A stretch of 64,000 nt of DNA, taken from NCBI GenBank assembly GCA_963674965.2, contig CAXXFL010000003.1, forward strand, positions 384,001 to 448,000. Reading direction: 5' to 3'. Source of the stretch: a bacterium (GTDB lineage Bacteria; RBG-13-61-14; DATKZS01). Positions within the stretch are counted from its first letter, which is position 1. Each line of letters begins with the position of its first letter. Positions 28,337 through 37,839 of this stretch are shown here, one piece after another. The notes beneath the pieces were generated by a model. It saw only the letters and a program-made list of their open reading frames with translations, ran no database searches and had not been told where the DNA came from. A program made the translations under genes and the position numbers.

Positions 28337-30247
28337 TCAATATTTCATGGCCGTCTCGTATCCGGCCTTTACGGCCGAGAAGATATCCGCCGTTTCCCAG
28401 GCGTCCCCTATTACCACGATCCGCGAGACCATGGACGCGATCTCCCGAGGCGGCGCTCCCCTCGGGTTGGTTCCCGCGCAAATGACGACCGCGTCAAAAG
28501 GAGGAAGCCGTTTTTCCTCGCCATTGCTGTTTACGCGAGTTCCATCCCGGCCTAACTCCAAAACCGACGTGAGGGGCATGAGCGATATTCCGGGGTCCTT
28601 GCTTATGCGCGCAAGCGCCAGCTTTCTCGATATGGGTTCCATGAAGCTTCCCAGGTCATCGGAGCGCTTGGTGGCCACGACTTCTTTACCCTGGCCTCCC
28701 AGTTTCTCCGCCAGCTCCAGACCGTTTCGGCCCGCGCCGACGATCAGGACCCTGTCGCCCTTGATTTCCTTCTTATCGATAAAAAAGTCGGCGCAGGTCA
28801 TCCAGTTGACCTTGTCCATGCCGGGAATGGACGGAACGTTTGAATTTCCGCCCACGGCCCAGACCAGGAGATCGGGCCTTATCTCATCTACCAGGTCCTT
28901 GTTTACCTCGCGTCCCAACATCAGATTGACCCCGGCGAGATGGGCCGCGGAGAAAAAGGCCCTTAAAGGATTGGCCATGCTTTCCTTGCCCGGGGCGTCG
29001 GAGGCCGAGATGGCGGCCCCCCCCAGCTTCTCGGACTTCTCGGCCAAGGTGACTTCATGTCCGCGTCCGGCCAGGTACCTGGCGGTGGTCACGCCGGCCG
29101 GTCCGCCTCCCGCCACCAGGACTCGAAGCGGGCTCTCCGATTTATCGACCTCGGCCGAGGCTACCTCAGGGTTGAAGTTGCATCCGATGCCTTCCCCTTT
29201 CTTCACCCTTACCAGGCAGCCTTGCAGACAATAGCCGCAGGGTTGGATGGGGTCTTTGTTTTCACCCGACCACTTGGAGATAAGGTCGGGGTCAGCGATG
29301 AGGGGCCTTCCCAGGGCCACCATGTCGGCGGTATTTTCCTCGATGATTTTCCCGGCCCTCTCGAGACTCCCCATGCGGCCGGCCGCGATAACGGGCAATC
29401 CACCGGCCTTTTTAATCCTGGCCAGGGCATCCTCCTGCGGCTTCGTGGGAAGCGACATCTGGTGGAAGTACCAGGGTGGAGAAAAACATTGGGAGCCCAT
29501 GCCAACGTGGACGGCGCAAAAGCCAGCCTCCCTCGCCATATTGACGACCTTGTCAACGTCCTCCGGAGGAAGGCTTTTATCCGGGGCCATCTCCGACCCG
29601 GAAACCCGGATGATGAGGGGAAGACCCCCGCTATTGTCAGCCGCGGCCTTTATAACCTTGCGCGCCAAAAGGAACCGGTCCTTACCGTACTCGTCGTCAC
29701 GCGCGTTCAACTTCGGGTTCAAAAACTGCGCGACCAGGTAGCCATGGCCCGCTTGAAGCTCGATGAAGTCGAATCCGGCGGGACCGGCCTTTTGGGCCGC
29801 CGAGCCGAAAGCGGCGATGATGGACTCGATTTGGGAGATCGGCAAAGCCTCGGCCTCGGCGCCAGCGGCGGGACAAGTAAAGGACGAACACGACCCGGGA
29901 CGTCCGCCGATCACCCTCGGGTTGGCCGCCGCCCCGGCGTGATTCAGGTGAAGGCACGCCTTGCGGCCGCTCGAGTGTATGACGTCCACTATTTTTTTAA
30001 GCTCGGTTACGGAACCATCCCCGGTTATCTGGAGTTGCCTGGGATGCTCCCGGCCATCGGCGGTGACCGCGACCGGCTCGAGTATTATCAGGCCCGGACC
30101 GTTGTCGGATATGTTTCGGTAGAAGTTCAGGTGGGCCTCGGTCACCCCGCCACCCGGGTTTCCCAGGGCGGTCTTGATGGGGGGAAAAACGAAGCGGTTG
30201 GCAAGTTTCACTCCTCCCAGTTCGTAGGAAGAAAATAAAGCGTTCAT
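28337..30247 (-). CDS. NADH:flavin oxidoreductase (OYE/2,4-dienoyl-CoA reductase-like, with Fe-S and FAD domains)
   Basis: ELQAGHGYLVAQFL..N.R.DEYG, CGYCLQGC..C, VAGGGPAG. Confidence 0.9.
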   Translation of the reverse strand: MNALFSSYELGGVKLANRFVFPPIKTALGNPGGGVTEAHLNFYRNISDNGPGLIILEPVAVTADGREHPRQLQITGDGSVTELKKIVDVIHSSGRKACLHLNHAGAAANPRVIGGRPGSCSSFTCPAAGAEAEALPISQIESIIAAFGSAAQKAGPAGFDFIELQAGHGYLVAQFLNPKLNARDDEYGKDRFLLARKVIKAAADNSGGLPLIIRVSGSEMAPDKSLPPEDVDKVVNMAREAGFCAVHVGMGSQCFSPPWYFHQMSLPTKPQEDALARIKKAGGLPVIAAGRMGSLERAGKIIEENTADMVALGRPLIADPDLISKWSGENKDPIQPCGYCLQGCLVRVKKGEGIGCNFNPEVASAEVDKSESPLRVLVAGGGPAGVTTARYLAGRGHEVTLAEKSEKLGGAAISASDAPGKESMANPLRAFFSAAHLAGVNLMLGREVNKDLVDEIRPDLLVWAVGGNSNVPSIPGMDKVNWMTCADFFIDKKEIKGDRVLIVGAGRNGLELAEKLGGQGKEVVATKRSDDLGSFMEPISRKLALARISKDPGISLMPLTSVLELGRDGTRVNSNGEEKRLPPFDAVVICAGTNPRGAPPREIASMVSRIVVIGDAWETADIFSAVKAGYETAMKY

Positions 30248-30281
30248 TTTTAGCCTCCTTGTCTTGCTCGGCGGGCGCGCG

Positions 30282-31691
30282 TCAGCCCAATATCCCCACG
30301 GCTCGCATGGCCGACTCGACGATGGCGTTTTTGGCCGGGAAAAAGGTCTGCCAAGGTTGGGAACTGTAGCTGAACTCGGCCAGGTCCTCGGCGGTCATGC
30401 GATGTTGCGCGGCGAGGGTCACCAGGTCAACGCGCTCCGCCACCGCGTCCGTGCCCACGATCTGTCCTCCCAGTATCCGGTTGCTCCCCTTTTCAATGAC
30501 CAGCTTGACCTTGACGTGGCCGGCGCCGGGCATCATGGGAAACCGCGTGGCCGACTCCCCGTGGGAGACGTAGGTATCGAAGCCTCTCGACCGCGCCAGG
30601 CTCTCGGTAAAACCCGTTCCCGCGACGCGCAGCTGGCCAACCACAGTGGCCGCCCCGTTGAAGAACCCCTTGTATCGGGCCGGCTTGCCCACCATGTCGA
30701 GAGCAGCTATCTTGGCCATGGGAACGGCGTTCGTGGCCAGCTTGCCGCCCAGAGGCTCGCCGTCAATGCCCGAGATATACTGAACGCAGTCGCCGGCCGC
30801 CCAGACCTTGTCCGCGCTGGTCCTCATGCGGTCGTCCACGATGATGCCGTCCTTGCCCGACTCTATCCCCGCCGCGCGGAAAACGTCTATGTCCGGACGC
30901 ATTCCAACCGCGACGGTGGCGAAATCATGCCCCTCATTGAGCTCGATCATGGTCCCATCCGTAAGCTCGACTTGGGCGACGGCTTTATTCCCGTGAAAAG
31001 CCATAAGTCCCTTGCCCAGATGAAGATGGACCCCAGCTTTTTTAAGTTCCCCGATAATCGGCTCCGCCATGTCGCGGTCGATCAGTTGCGGCAGCGGATA
31101 CTCGGCTATGTCCACGAGGTGGACCTCGATGCCGCGGTTAACGTAGGCCATGGCCTGCTCGACGCCGATGGCCCCGGCCCCGATCACCACCGCGCGGGCG
31201 CAGTTCCCCCCGCATTCGGTCTTTTTGGTGACGTCGCAATCGCGGCCCTGAATGGCGGCGATAACGGCCTCGGCGTCCTTGCCGGTCTTGACCGTGTAAA
31301 CGTTGGCCAGGTCCACGCCGGGAACGGGAGGCTTGACGGGCACGGCCCCCGCGGCTATCAAAAGCTTGTCGAATCCGACCCTCCGGCCGCTCTCGAAAAA
31401 GCACTCCCTTGCGTTCAGATTGAGCTTGACCGCTTTTTCCCTGATGAGCTCGGCGCCAACGCCCGTTACCAACTCGTCGGTCTTAAAACACTTGTTCAGC
31501 GGAAACAAGCCCTCGATGGCGTAGGGAAGCGCGCAGTAGATAATCGAATAATCCTCGGGCCGAGCCACGGCTATGGTGGCGTCGGGATCATGGGTTTTGA
31601 TCAGGCGAGTCGCCTGAATCCCGGCGGGACCGCCGCCGACGATCAGTACGTCAACCTCGCTCGCCGCGTCTTTAACTTCATTTTCTCGCAT
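30282..31691 (-). CDS. FAD-dependent pyridine nucleotide-disulfide oxidoreductase (NADH oxidase/CoA-disulfide reductase-like)
   Basis: IVGGGPAG, YCALPY (redox Cys), VIGAGAIG, WAAGDC, RILGGQIVG. Start set at ATG 31691 with SD. Confidence 0.88.
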   Translation of the reverse strand: MRENEVKDAASEVDVLIVGGGPAGIQATRLIKTHDPDATIAVARPEDYSIIYCALPYAIEGLFPLNKCFKTDELVTGVGAELIREKAVKLNLNARECFFESGRRVGFDKLLIAAGAVPVKPPVPGVDLANVYTVKTGKDAEAVIAAIQGRDCDVTKKTECGGNCARAVVIGAGAIGVEQAMAYVNRGIEVHLVDIAEYPLPQLIDRDMAEPIIGELKKAGVHLHLGKGLMAFHGNKAVAQVELTDGTMIELNEGHDFATVAVGMRPDIDVFRAAGIESGKDGIIVDDRMRTSADKVWAAGDCVQYISGIDGEPLGGKLATNAVPMAKIAALDMVGKPARYKGFFNGAATVVGQLRVAGTGFTESLARSRGFDTYVSHGESATRFPMMPGAGHVKVKLVIEKGSNRILGGQIVGTDAVAERVDLVTLAAQHRMTAEDLAEFSYSSQPWQTFFPAKNAIVESAMRAVGILG

Positions 31692-31850
31692 AACATTACC
31701 CCCTTCCGGTTCTTGTTTTTTAATGAGATCAATTTTTGTGCCTGGAGTAACCAAAAAAAGATCTATATTATCCAAGTAACTTGTTTATAAGGACTATCAG
31801 CTGGAATATCTTCGATCGTTAATGAGGGGCGGATATATATTAAAGTAACG

Positions 31851-31873
31851 GTTAACGTTATGATAACGTTAAC
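31851..31873. promoter_or_regulatory. Palindrome with 11-bp arms, candidate operator upstream of the oxidoreductase pair
   Basis: GTTAACGTTAT-G-ATAACGTTAAC in AT-rich intergenic DNA. Confidence 0.55.
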
Positions 31874-31998
31874 TTGATAAAGTCTTGGTTTCGTAAAGTG
31901 GATATAAACGGGCTGGTTTGAAAGTCGAATTTCTCCATGGGCGCTCCGTCTAAAGATATACGGCGTCCCGCGGCAAGGGCTTTCTCAATGTTTTGCCC

Positions 31999-32183
31999 CT
32001 AATTGACGGTCGGATACTCGACGCGTCCGGCTTCAAGGCGAGCGGATACCGCGTCCATAAATTCCGGCCAAGTCGCGAGCGGGTCGCGCTTCACGTCCAG
32101 CGTTCCCCTCATGACTGCTTGCTCGCCTTTACCATGGCCACAATCCCGGCCTTGATAGCCTCGGGGAGGTCGTTCCATTTCCC
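31999..32183 (-). pseudogene. Remnant of integrative-element or phage-like small ORFs
   Basis: GKWNDLPEAIKAGIVAMVKASKQS* overlaps (ATGA) a 37-aa ORF MRGTLDVKRDPLATWPEFMDAVSARLEAGRVEYPTVN*. Confidence 0.4.
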
Positions 32184-32184
32184 G

Positions 32185-32296
32185 AATACACTATATCCGC
32201 TGATATCTGCCCCCATGGATCATAATCAATGCGTTCATATATGTCGCCGTCTGAGTCTGTTACTATGCGAGTCGAGCCAAGATGGTCTGTATGATA
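32185..32296 (-). pseudogene. Rhs core fragment
   Basis: YHTDHLGSTRIVTDSDGDIYERIDYDPWG matches the Rhs-associated core signature. Confidence 0.8.
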
Positions 32297-32875
32297 CCTG
32301 CTGGCCTCTGCCACGGCTCCGCTCCAAGCGGCATTAGCTTCAGGAGGACCGTGCTTGAACATACTTTCAGTTATAGAATAAATAAAATTCCAAATATAGA
32401 CGGCTTATTTCTCGTATTTTACGATCAAAGTCTCTGGCATTATTCAAATCTAAAAAAGAAAACAACCCTTAGCGACAGAGAAACTATAACCAACTTCAGA
32501 ATAGTTCAGTTTTTATCGGATAAAAATACCTACCAGATCATTTCAAGATTTGAAGATACTAATTTTATTGACAAAATCAACAATATCGGTAAGTATTTAG
32601 ATGGGGCGAGGAAACCGATACCATTCTATATCTGGTCCGGTGGACTCGATGCTGGTTCCTTGAAGTCAATGGATACCAAGGTCATTTCATTTTCCACGAA
32701 AGGTTTTATCCCCCCGACCGTGACGAGGCCGAGTTTTTATAAAATCGATTGGATATTCAATCCAAGAACCAGTAAGTTAACGGCAACTACCCTGCACTGG
32801 AACATTCACGAGGAGCCTTTGCCAGACGGGAGTGACACGAAAGAAGTTGAGACCATAGTAGATTTGACGAAATGA
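32282..32875 (+). CDS. Low-GC hypothetical ORF, probably 5'-truncated
   Basis: Long AT-rich open frame from about 32355. The N-terminal part overlaps the Rhs remnant and has no SD. Confidence 0.45.
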   Translation: MVCMIPAGLCHGSAPSGISFRRTVLEHTFSYRINKIPNIDGLFLVFYDQSLWHYSNLKKKTTLSDRETITNFRIVQFLSDKNTYQIISRFEDTNFIDKINNIGKYLDGARKPIPFYIWSGGLDAGSLKSMDTKVISFSTKGFIPPTVTRPSFYKIDWIFNPRTSKLTATTLHWNIHEEPLPDGSDTKEVETIVDLTK

Positions 32876-33034
32876 TCGAGTAACGAATTACCCAAGATTG
32901 CGAAGAGCAAATTCGATGTTCCTACTTTCTCCTCCGGTATATACACGCCTGACATTTAGTGCTATAAAAACGCGGTGAGGAAATAACGAGCGATACGCGG
33001 CGGCCGGCCGCGAAACGACAAGGGAGGGAGCGTT

Positions 33035-34303
33035 ATGTTCGAGCTTGGCGAGCCTCATCGGATGGTGGAGAAGATGGTCAGGTCCTTTTGCGAGAAGGAG
33101 GTCGCGCCCAAGGTGGCGGCCATGGAGGACGGCGAGGTCTTGGTCTTCGAAATAATGCGGAGCATGGCCAGGGCCTTCGGTCTTCCGTCCATGATCAAAA
33201 GCCTGGAGAAGGGCCTTGACGGCAAGAAGGATAAAGGCGGCGGCCCGGGGGAGGACGCGCCCTCCCAGGTGGGCATGATGGGCATGGAGGCCGACCCCCT
33301 CGTCAGCGTGGTAATCGGCAAGGAAATCGCCCGCGTTTGCCCGTCCCTGGCCATGGCCATCACCGGCAGCGTGGGCCTGACGGGGGCGACCATCATGGCC
33401 AAGGGCACGGTGGCCCAGAAGAAGAAATACGGCCTTCCCATCCTGGCCATGGAGAAGATAGGGGCCTGGGGCATGACCGAGCCCGACTCGGGGTCGGACG
33501 CCTTTGCCCTGCGGACCATCGCCAGGCCGGTGGAGGGGGGCTACGCGCTCAACGGCCAGAAGATATTCATCACCAACGCGCCCTACGCGGACATATTCGT
33601 CATCTACGCCAAGATCGACCGGGGCCAGGCGGACAAGCGGGACAAGCGGTTCGTGTTCCCCTTTATCGTGGAGAAGGGGACCAGGGGCCTGGACGTTTCC
33701 AAGTCGGCCAAGAAGATGGGCATGAGGGGCTCGCCCAACGGCGAGGTTTTCCTGGACGACGTGTTCGTGCCGGCGGACGGGCTGCTGGGGGAGACGGAGG
33801 AAAAATCGAGCCGGGACCAGGCCAAGGAGGTTTTCGCCAGCGAGCGCTCGGGCGCGGCGGTAATGTGCTGGGGCATCATCGAGCGGTGCCTGGAGGACTC
33901 GATCAAGTACGCCATCGAGCGCGAGCAGTGGGGCCGTCCCCTGGCGGATTTCCAGCTCATCCAGGAAAAGATAGCCCGCATGTACATCCACCTCGAGAAT
34001 ACCAGGAACATCGCCTTCAAGCAGGCCTGGGCCCAGCGGGAGGGGAAGGCGACGGTCGAGGACGGCTGCGTCTCGAAATACTATTGCGCCAACGCGGCGG
34101 TGGAGGTCGCCCTTGACGCCATCCAGCTCATGGGCGGCTACGGCTACATGCGGGAGTACCACGTGGAGATGCTCATGCGGGACGCCAAGCTCATGTCCAT
34201 CGCCGGCGGCACGGACGAAATCCAGCTCCTGACCATCGCCAAGGAACTGTTCAGGAAAAGCGGCTACGACCTCACCATCTCGGGGGTGAAAAGGGACGGC
34301 TGA
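33035..34303 (+). CDS. Acyl-CoA dehydrogenase (paralog of 4335-5588)
   Basis: MTEPDSGSDAF, LNGQKIFITNA, ERSG...MCWGIIERC, QLMGGYGYMREY. Confidence 0.93.
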   Translation: MFELGEPHRMVEKMVRSFCEKEVAPKVAAMEDGEVLVFEIMRSMARAFGLPSMIKSLEKGLDGKKDKGGGPGEDAPSQVGMMGMEADPLVSVVIGKEIARVCPSLAMAITGSVGLTGATIMAKGTVAQKKKYGLPILAMEKIGAWGMTEPDSGSDAFALRTIARPVEGGYALNGQKIFITNAPYADIFVIYAKIDRGQADKRDKRFVFPFIVEKGTRGLDVSKSAKKMGMRGSPNGEVFLDDVFVPADGLLGETEEKSSRDQAKEVFASERSGAAVMCWGIIERCLEDSIKYAIEREQWGRPLADFQLIQEKIARMYIHLENTRNIAFKQAWAQREGKATVEDGCVSKYYCANAAVEVALDAIQLMGGYGYMREYHVEMLMRDAKLMSIAGGTDEIQLLTIAKELFRKSGYDLTISGVKRDG

Positions 34304-34437
34304 AAACCTCCATCATCCTGGGGCCGGACGCTCTCTCTCCCCCGTCTTGTCTTCATGGCGCTGACAACCTCGCGCCTTGACTGCTATACTATGCCTTTGT
34401 AACCAATTCGCGTTATCCATATAAACGGGAGGTACCC

Positions 34438-36027
34438 ATGAAGAAAATCAAAACCGCCGCCGTCCTTTGGCTGTTAATCCTATCCGTCCATTTCGGACTT
34501 GGCTTTGGATGCCCCTCGCCCGAGAGGGAAGGAGCGAAAACCAAAGAGACGGAAAGCCAAAAGCGGGAGGCGCGCGAGCCGGCCCGGGCTTCGGTGCTTT
34601 TCTTTAACGACGTTCATGGGCACTTAAGTCCCTTCACCATCAGCCGGGACGGCGAGACGGTCGAGGTGGGCGGCATAGCCCGCATGGCGGCCGAGATCAA
34701 GCGGATAAGGGCGGAGAATAAAAGGCGGGGCGTTCCCACCTTCCTCCTGGTCGCGGGGGACGCCCTGCAGGGAACGCCCATGTCCACCGTGTTCCAGGGC
34801 AAGCCCGATTTCGAGTGCATGAACGCCATGAAGGTGGACGCCATGACCATCGGCAACCACGAGTTCGACTTCGGCCTGGATAATTTCCTTGGCCTGCAAA
34901 AGCTGGCCGCCTTTCCCTTTTTAAGCGCCAACGTGGTCTGGAAGGACACGGGGGAGCCCATCGCCTCCCGCTCGGTTTCCCTCGAGTTGGAAAAGGGACT
35001 TTACCTGACCGTGATCGGCGTGACCACCTCCCATCTCCTGGAGACCACCAAGCCCTCGAACGTGGAAAAGCTCGCGGTCATCGAGCCTATCGCGTCCATG
35101 CGCGAGGCATACGAGGAGGCGGTGAAAAAAGGGCCGGTCATACTCCTTTCCCACTCGAGGGCCAGGACCGACGAGGCCATCGCCCGGGCGTTCCCGGACC
35201 TGGCCGCCATCATCGGCGGACACGACCAGATACTGATCAATCCCTCGAAAAAGGTGGGCGAGGTCCCGGTCTTCCAGGCCTTCGAGAAGGGCAAGTACCT
35301 GGGACGGCTGGAACTGGAGATAGACCGGGACTCGGGCCGGGCGGCGGTCGCGAGTTACGAGTACGTTCCCATCACCTCCGCCATCGAGCCCGATCCTCAG
35401 ATCGAGGGGATCGTGGAGAGCTACCGGTCCCGCCTGGACGACGAGTTCAAGGAGGTCATAGGCGAGGCCCTCGTCTTCATGGACGGCGAGCGCGAGCGGA
35501 TACGCTACGAGGAGACCAACCTGGGCGACTTCGCGACGGACGTCATGCGCGAATACACCGGCGCCGACCTTGCCCTTTTAAACGCGGGCAGCCTTCGCTC
35601 GAGCCTGGCGGCGGGGCCGATCACCGTGGAGGACGTTTTCAAGACCATGCCTTACGCCAACGAGGTCGTGATCGCCGAGCTGACGGGAGACGAGATCATG
35701 ACGGCCCTGACCCGGGCGGTCATGGGAACGCGGGAGGATGAGGACGGCGGTTTCCTGCACGTCTCGGGGATCAGTTTCGTCATCGAGGGCAAGAAGCCGA
35801 CTGAGGTCAAGTTTGGCGCATACCTGAAGCCGCTCGAGGCGGAGAAAAAGTACGCGGTGGCCATTACCGACTTCATGGCCGACGGCGGCGATGGTTACAA
35901 GGTCTTCATGGGCAAGACCTCCTACAAGACGGGCTCGCCCCTGCGGGAGTTGCTGGTTGACCGGATCAAGGCCCAGGGCAAGATCGAGGCGAAGACCGAG
36001 GGAAGGATTACTAGGGCCGAGCCTTAA
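34438..36027 (+). CDS. Bifunctional metallophosphatase/5'-nucleotidase (UshA-like), probable lipoprotein
   Basis: NDVHG, AGD, GNHEFDFG, IIGGHD, NAGSLR, DGGDGY. Confidence 0.92.
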   Translation: MKKIKTAAVLWLLILSVHFGLGFGCPSPEREGAKTKETESQKREAREPARASVLFFNDVHGHLSPFTISRDGETVEVGGIARMAAEIKRIRAENKRRGVPTFLLVAGDALQGTPMSTVFQGKPDFECMNAMKVDAMTIGNHEFDFGLDNFLGLQKLAAFPFLSANVVWKDTGEPIASRSVSLELEKGLYLTVIGVTTSHLLETTKPSNVEKLAVIEPIASMREAYEEAVKKGPVILLSHSRARTDEAIARAFPDLAAIIGGHDQILINPSKKVGEVPVFQAFEKGKYLGRLELEIDRDSGRAAVASYEYVPITSAIEPDPQIEGIVESYRSRLDDEFKEVIGEALVFMDGERERIRYEETNLGDFATDVMREYTGADLALLNAGSLRSSLAAGPITVEDVFKTMPYANEVVIAELTGDEIMTALTRAVMGTREDEDGGFLHVSGISFVIEGKKPTEVKFGAYLKPLEAEKKYAVAITDFMADGGDGYKVFMGKTSYKTGSPLRELLVDRIKAQGKIEAKTEGRITRAEP

Positions 36028-36105
36028 GTGATATAATTTTCTTGAACGCCTGGAGGCATTCTCCCGACGAGCCGTATAAATTCAGGCGCCGAGAAAGGAA
36101 GTTAA

Positions 36106-37815
36106 ATGGAGTTGAGTATAATCGAGAAGGCGAAGGTCCTGGCCCACATGCTCAAGTGGCGTCTCACCTGGGAGCGCCGCGACCTCGAGTACGTTCATCC
36201 CGGCGTTGACAATCCGAAATTCATGAACGCCAGGGACGCGGTCCGGCTGATCGAGGACGGCGACGTGGTGCTTTCCTGCGGCATGGCGGCCAACGCCCGC
36301 TGCTCGATATTCTACTGGGGCCTTAAGGACTACTTTTTATCCGAGGGCCATCCGCTGGGGCTGACCTGGATAGGGGTTGGGGCCATGGGCAGCCGGGGCA
36401 AGGCGCCCGGCTCTCTGGAGGAACTTAATTTTCCCGGCCCTCTCGCTCGTTACATCGGGGGTCACCTGGAGACGATCAAGGCCCAGCTTAAGCTGGCGAG
36501 CGAGGGTCATCTCGAGCTTCAGACCATGCCTCAGGGGGTGATGGCTTTTCTCTTCGAGGCCCAGGCCAGGGGGGAGGACTCGATACTCACGGACGTTGGG
36601 GTTGGAACTTTCCTCGATCCCCGCCTGGGTCCCGGGACCCAGGTGGTGCCCGGCAAGGGCGAGAACCTGGTGATCGTGGAGGGGGACCTTCTTCGGTACC
36701 GGCTGCCCAAAATAAACGTCACCATGTTCGTGGCCCCCTACGCGGACCACGAGGGAAACATTTACTTCCATAACGCGGCGACCCACACGGAGAACGTTCC
36801 CGGCGCCCGGGCGGCCAGGGCCAACGGGGGCAAGGTCCTGGTCTCGGTCTGCGACGTTATTAAAAAGGACGAGTCCAGGATCAGCCTGGCGGCGGACATG
36901 GTGGACGCCGTGGTGGTCAATCCATACAGCGAACAGACGGGCTCGGTGCCCCAGCGAAAATACTGGCCCTTGTTCACGGTCGGGGCCAACGAGGACGTCG
37001 AGAAGGAGGTGGCCAGGTTAAAGTTCGCCAACGAGGCGCTGAAGATAACTCCCGTCCGCCGCGCTCCCGAGCTGGCCATGTCCCGCGTGGCGGCTCGAGT
37101 CTTCACCCGGCTGGCGCGGCCCGGGGCGGAGGTGAATATAGGCGTGGGCCTTCCCGAGGAGGTAAGCCGCGTGATCCGGGAGGGGGGCCTCACGGACGAC
37201 GTGAACTTCGCCACCGAGACCGGCGTGTGGGGAGGGCTGCCGACGCCGGGAGTGTTCTTCGGCGCGGCCGTCAATCCCAAAAAGATGATGAGCTCGGCCC
37301 AGATATTCGAGTTCTGGAAAGACAACCTGGACGTCACCATCCTGGGCCTTCTCGAGGCCGACTCCGAGGGGAACGTGAACGTGTCCCGCCGCGGGACCGA
37401 CCCGGTGGATTTCGTGGGACCCGGCGGTTTCCCCAACCTGGTCCGCTACGCCAAGTCGATCCTTTTCGTCGGCGCCTGGATGGCCGGCGGCAAAATCGAG
37501 CTGGCCGGCGGCAAGGTGAAAATAGTCTCTCCCGGCGAGTACAAGTTCAAGGAGAGGGTCTCGGAGATAACCTTCAGCGGCAAGGTCGCCCTCGCCCAGG
37601 GCAAGACGGTGTATTACGTCACCAACGTGGGGGTTTTCCATTTGACGGAAAGGGGCATGGAACTGATCGAGATCATGCCGGGCCTGGACCCGGAAAAGGA
37701 CGTCATCGAGCCCTGCCCCATGCGGATAGTCAGACCCGAGAGCGGCGAGATCGAGGTCATCGGCGAGAACGTGGTCACGGGAAAAGGTTTCGAGCTGAAT
37801 TGGTCCGGGGACTGA
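36106..37815 (+). CDS. Family I acyl-CoA transferase, fused subunits (propionate CoA-transferase/YdiF-like)
   Basis: VGVGTFLDPR, VNIGVGLPEEV, ETG, GNVNVS, GPGGFPNL, VSEITFSG. Confidence 0.88.
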   Translation: MELSIIEKAKVLAHMLKWRLTWERRDLEYVHPGVDNPKFMNARDAVRLIEDGDVVLSCGMAANARCSIFYWGLKDYFLSEGHPLGLTWIGVGAMGSRGKAPGSLEELNFPGPLARYIGGHLETIKAQLKLASEGHLELQTMPQGVMAFLFEAQARGEDSILTDVGVGTFLDPRLGPGTQVVPGKGENLVIVEGDLLRYRLPKINVTMFVAPYADHEGNIYFHNAATHTENVPGARAARANGGKVLVSVCDVIKKDESRISLAADMVDAVVVNPYSEQTGSVPQRKYWPLFTVGANEDVEKEVARLKFANEALKITPVRRAPELAMSRVAARVFTRLARPGAEVNIGVGLPEEVSRVIREGGLTDDVNFATETGVWGGLPTPGVFFGAAVNPKKMMSSAQIFEFWKDNLDVTILGLLEADSEGNVNVSRRGTDPVDFVGPGGFPNLVRYAKSILFVGAWMAGGKIELAGGKVKIVSPGEYKFKERVSEITFSGKVALAQGKTVYYVTNVGVFHLTERGMELIEIMPGLDPEKDVIEPCPMRIVRPESGEIEVIGENVVTGKGFELNWSGD

Positions 37816-37839
37816 GCCCGGGCCTTATCTCTCGTTTTT

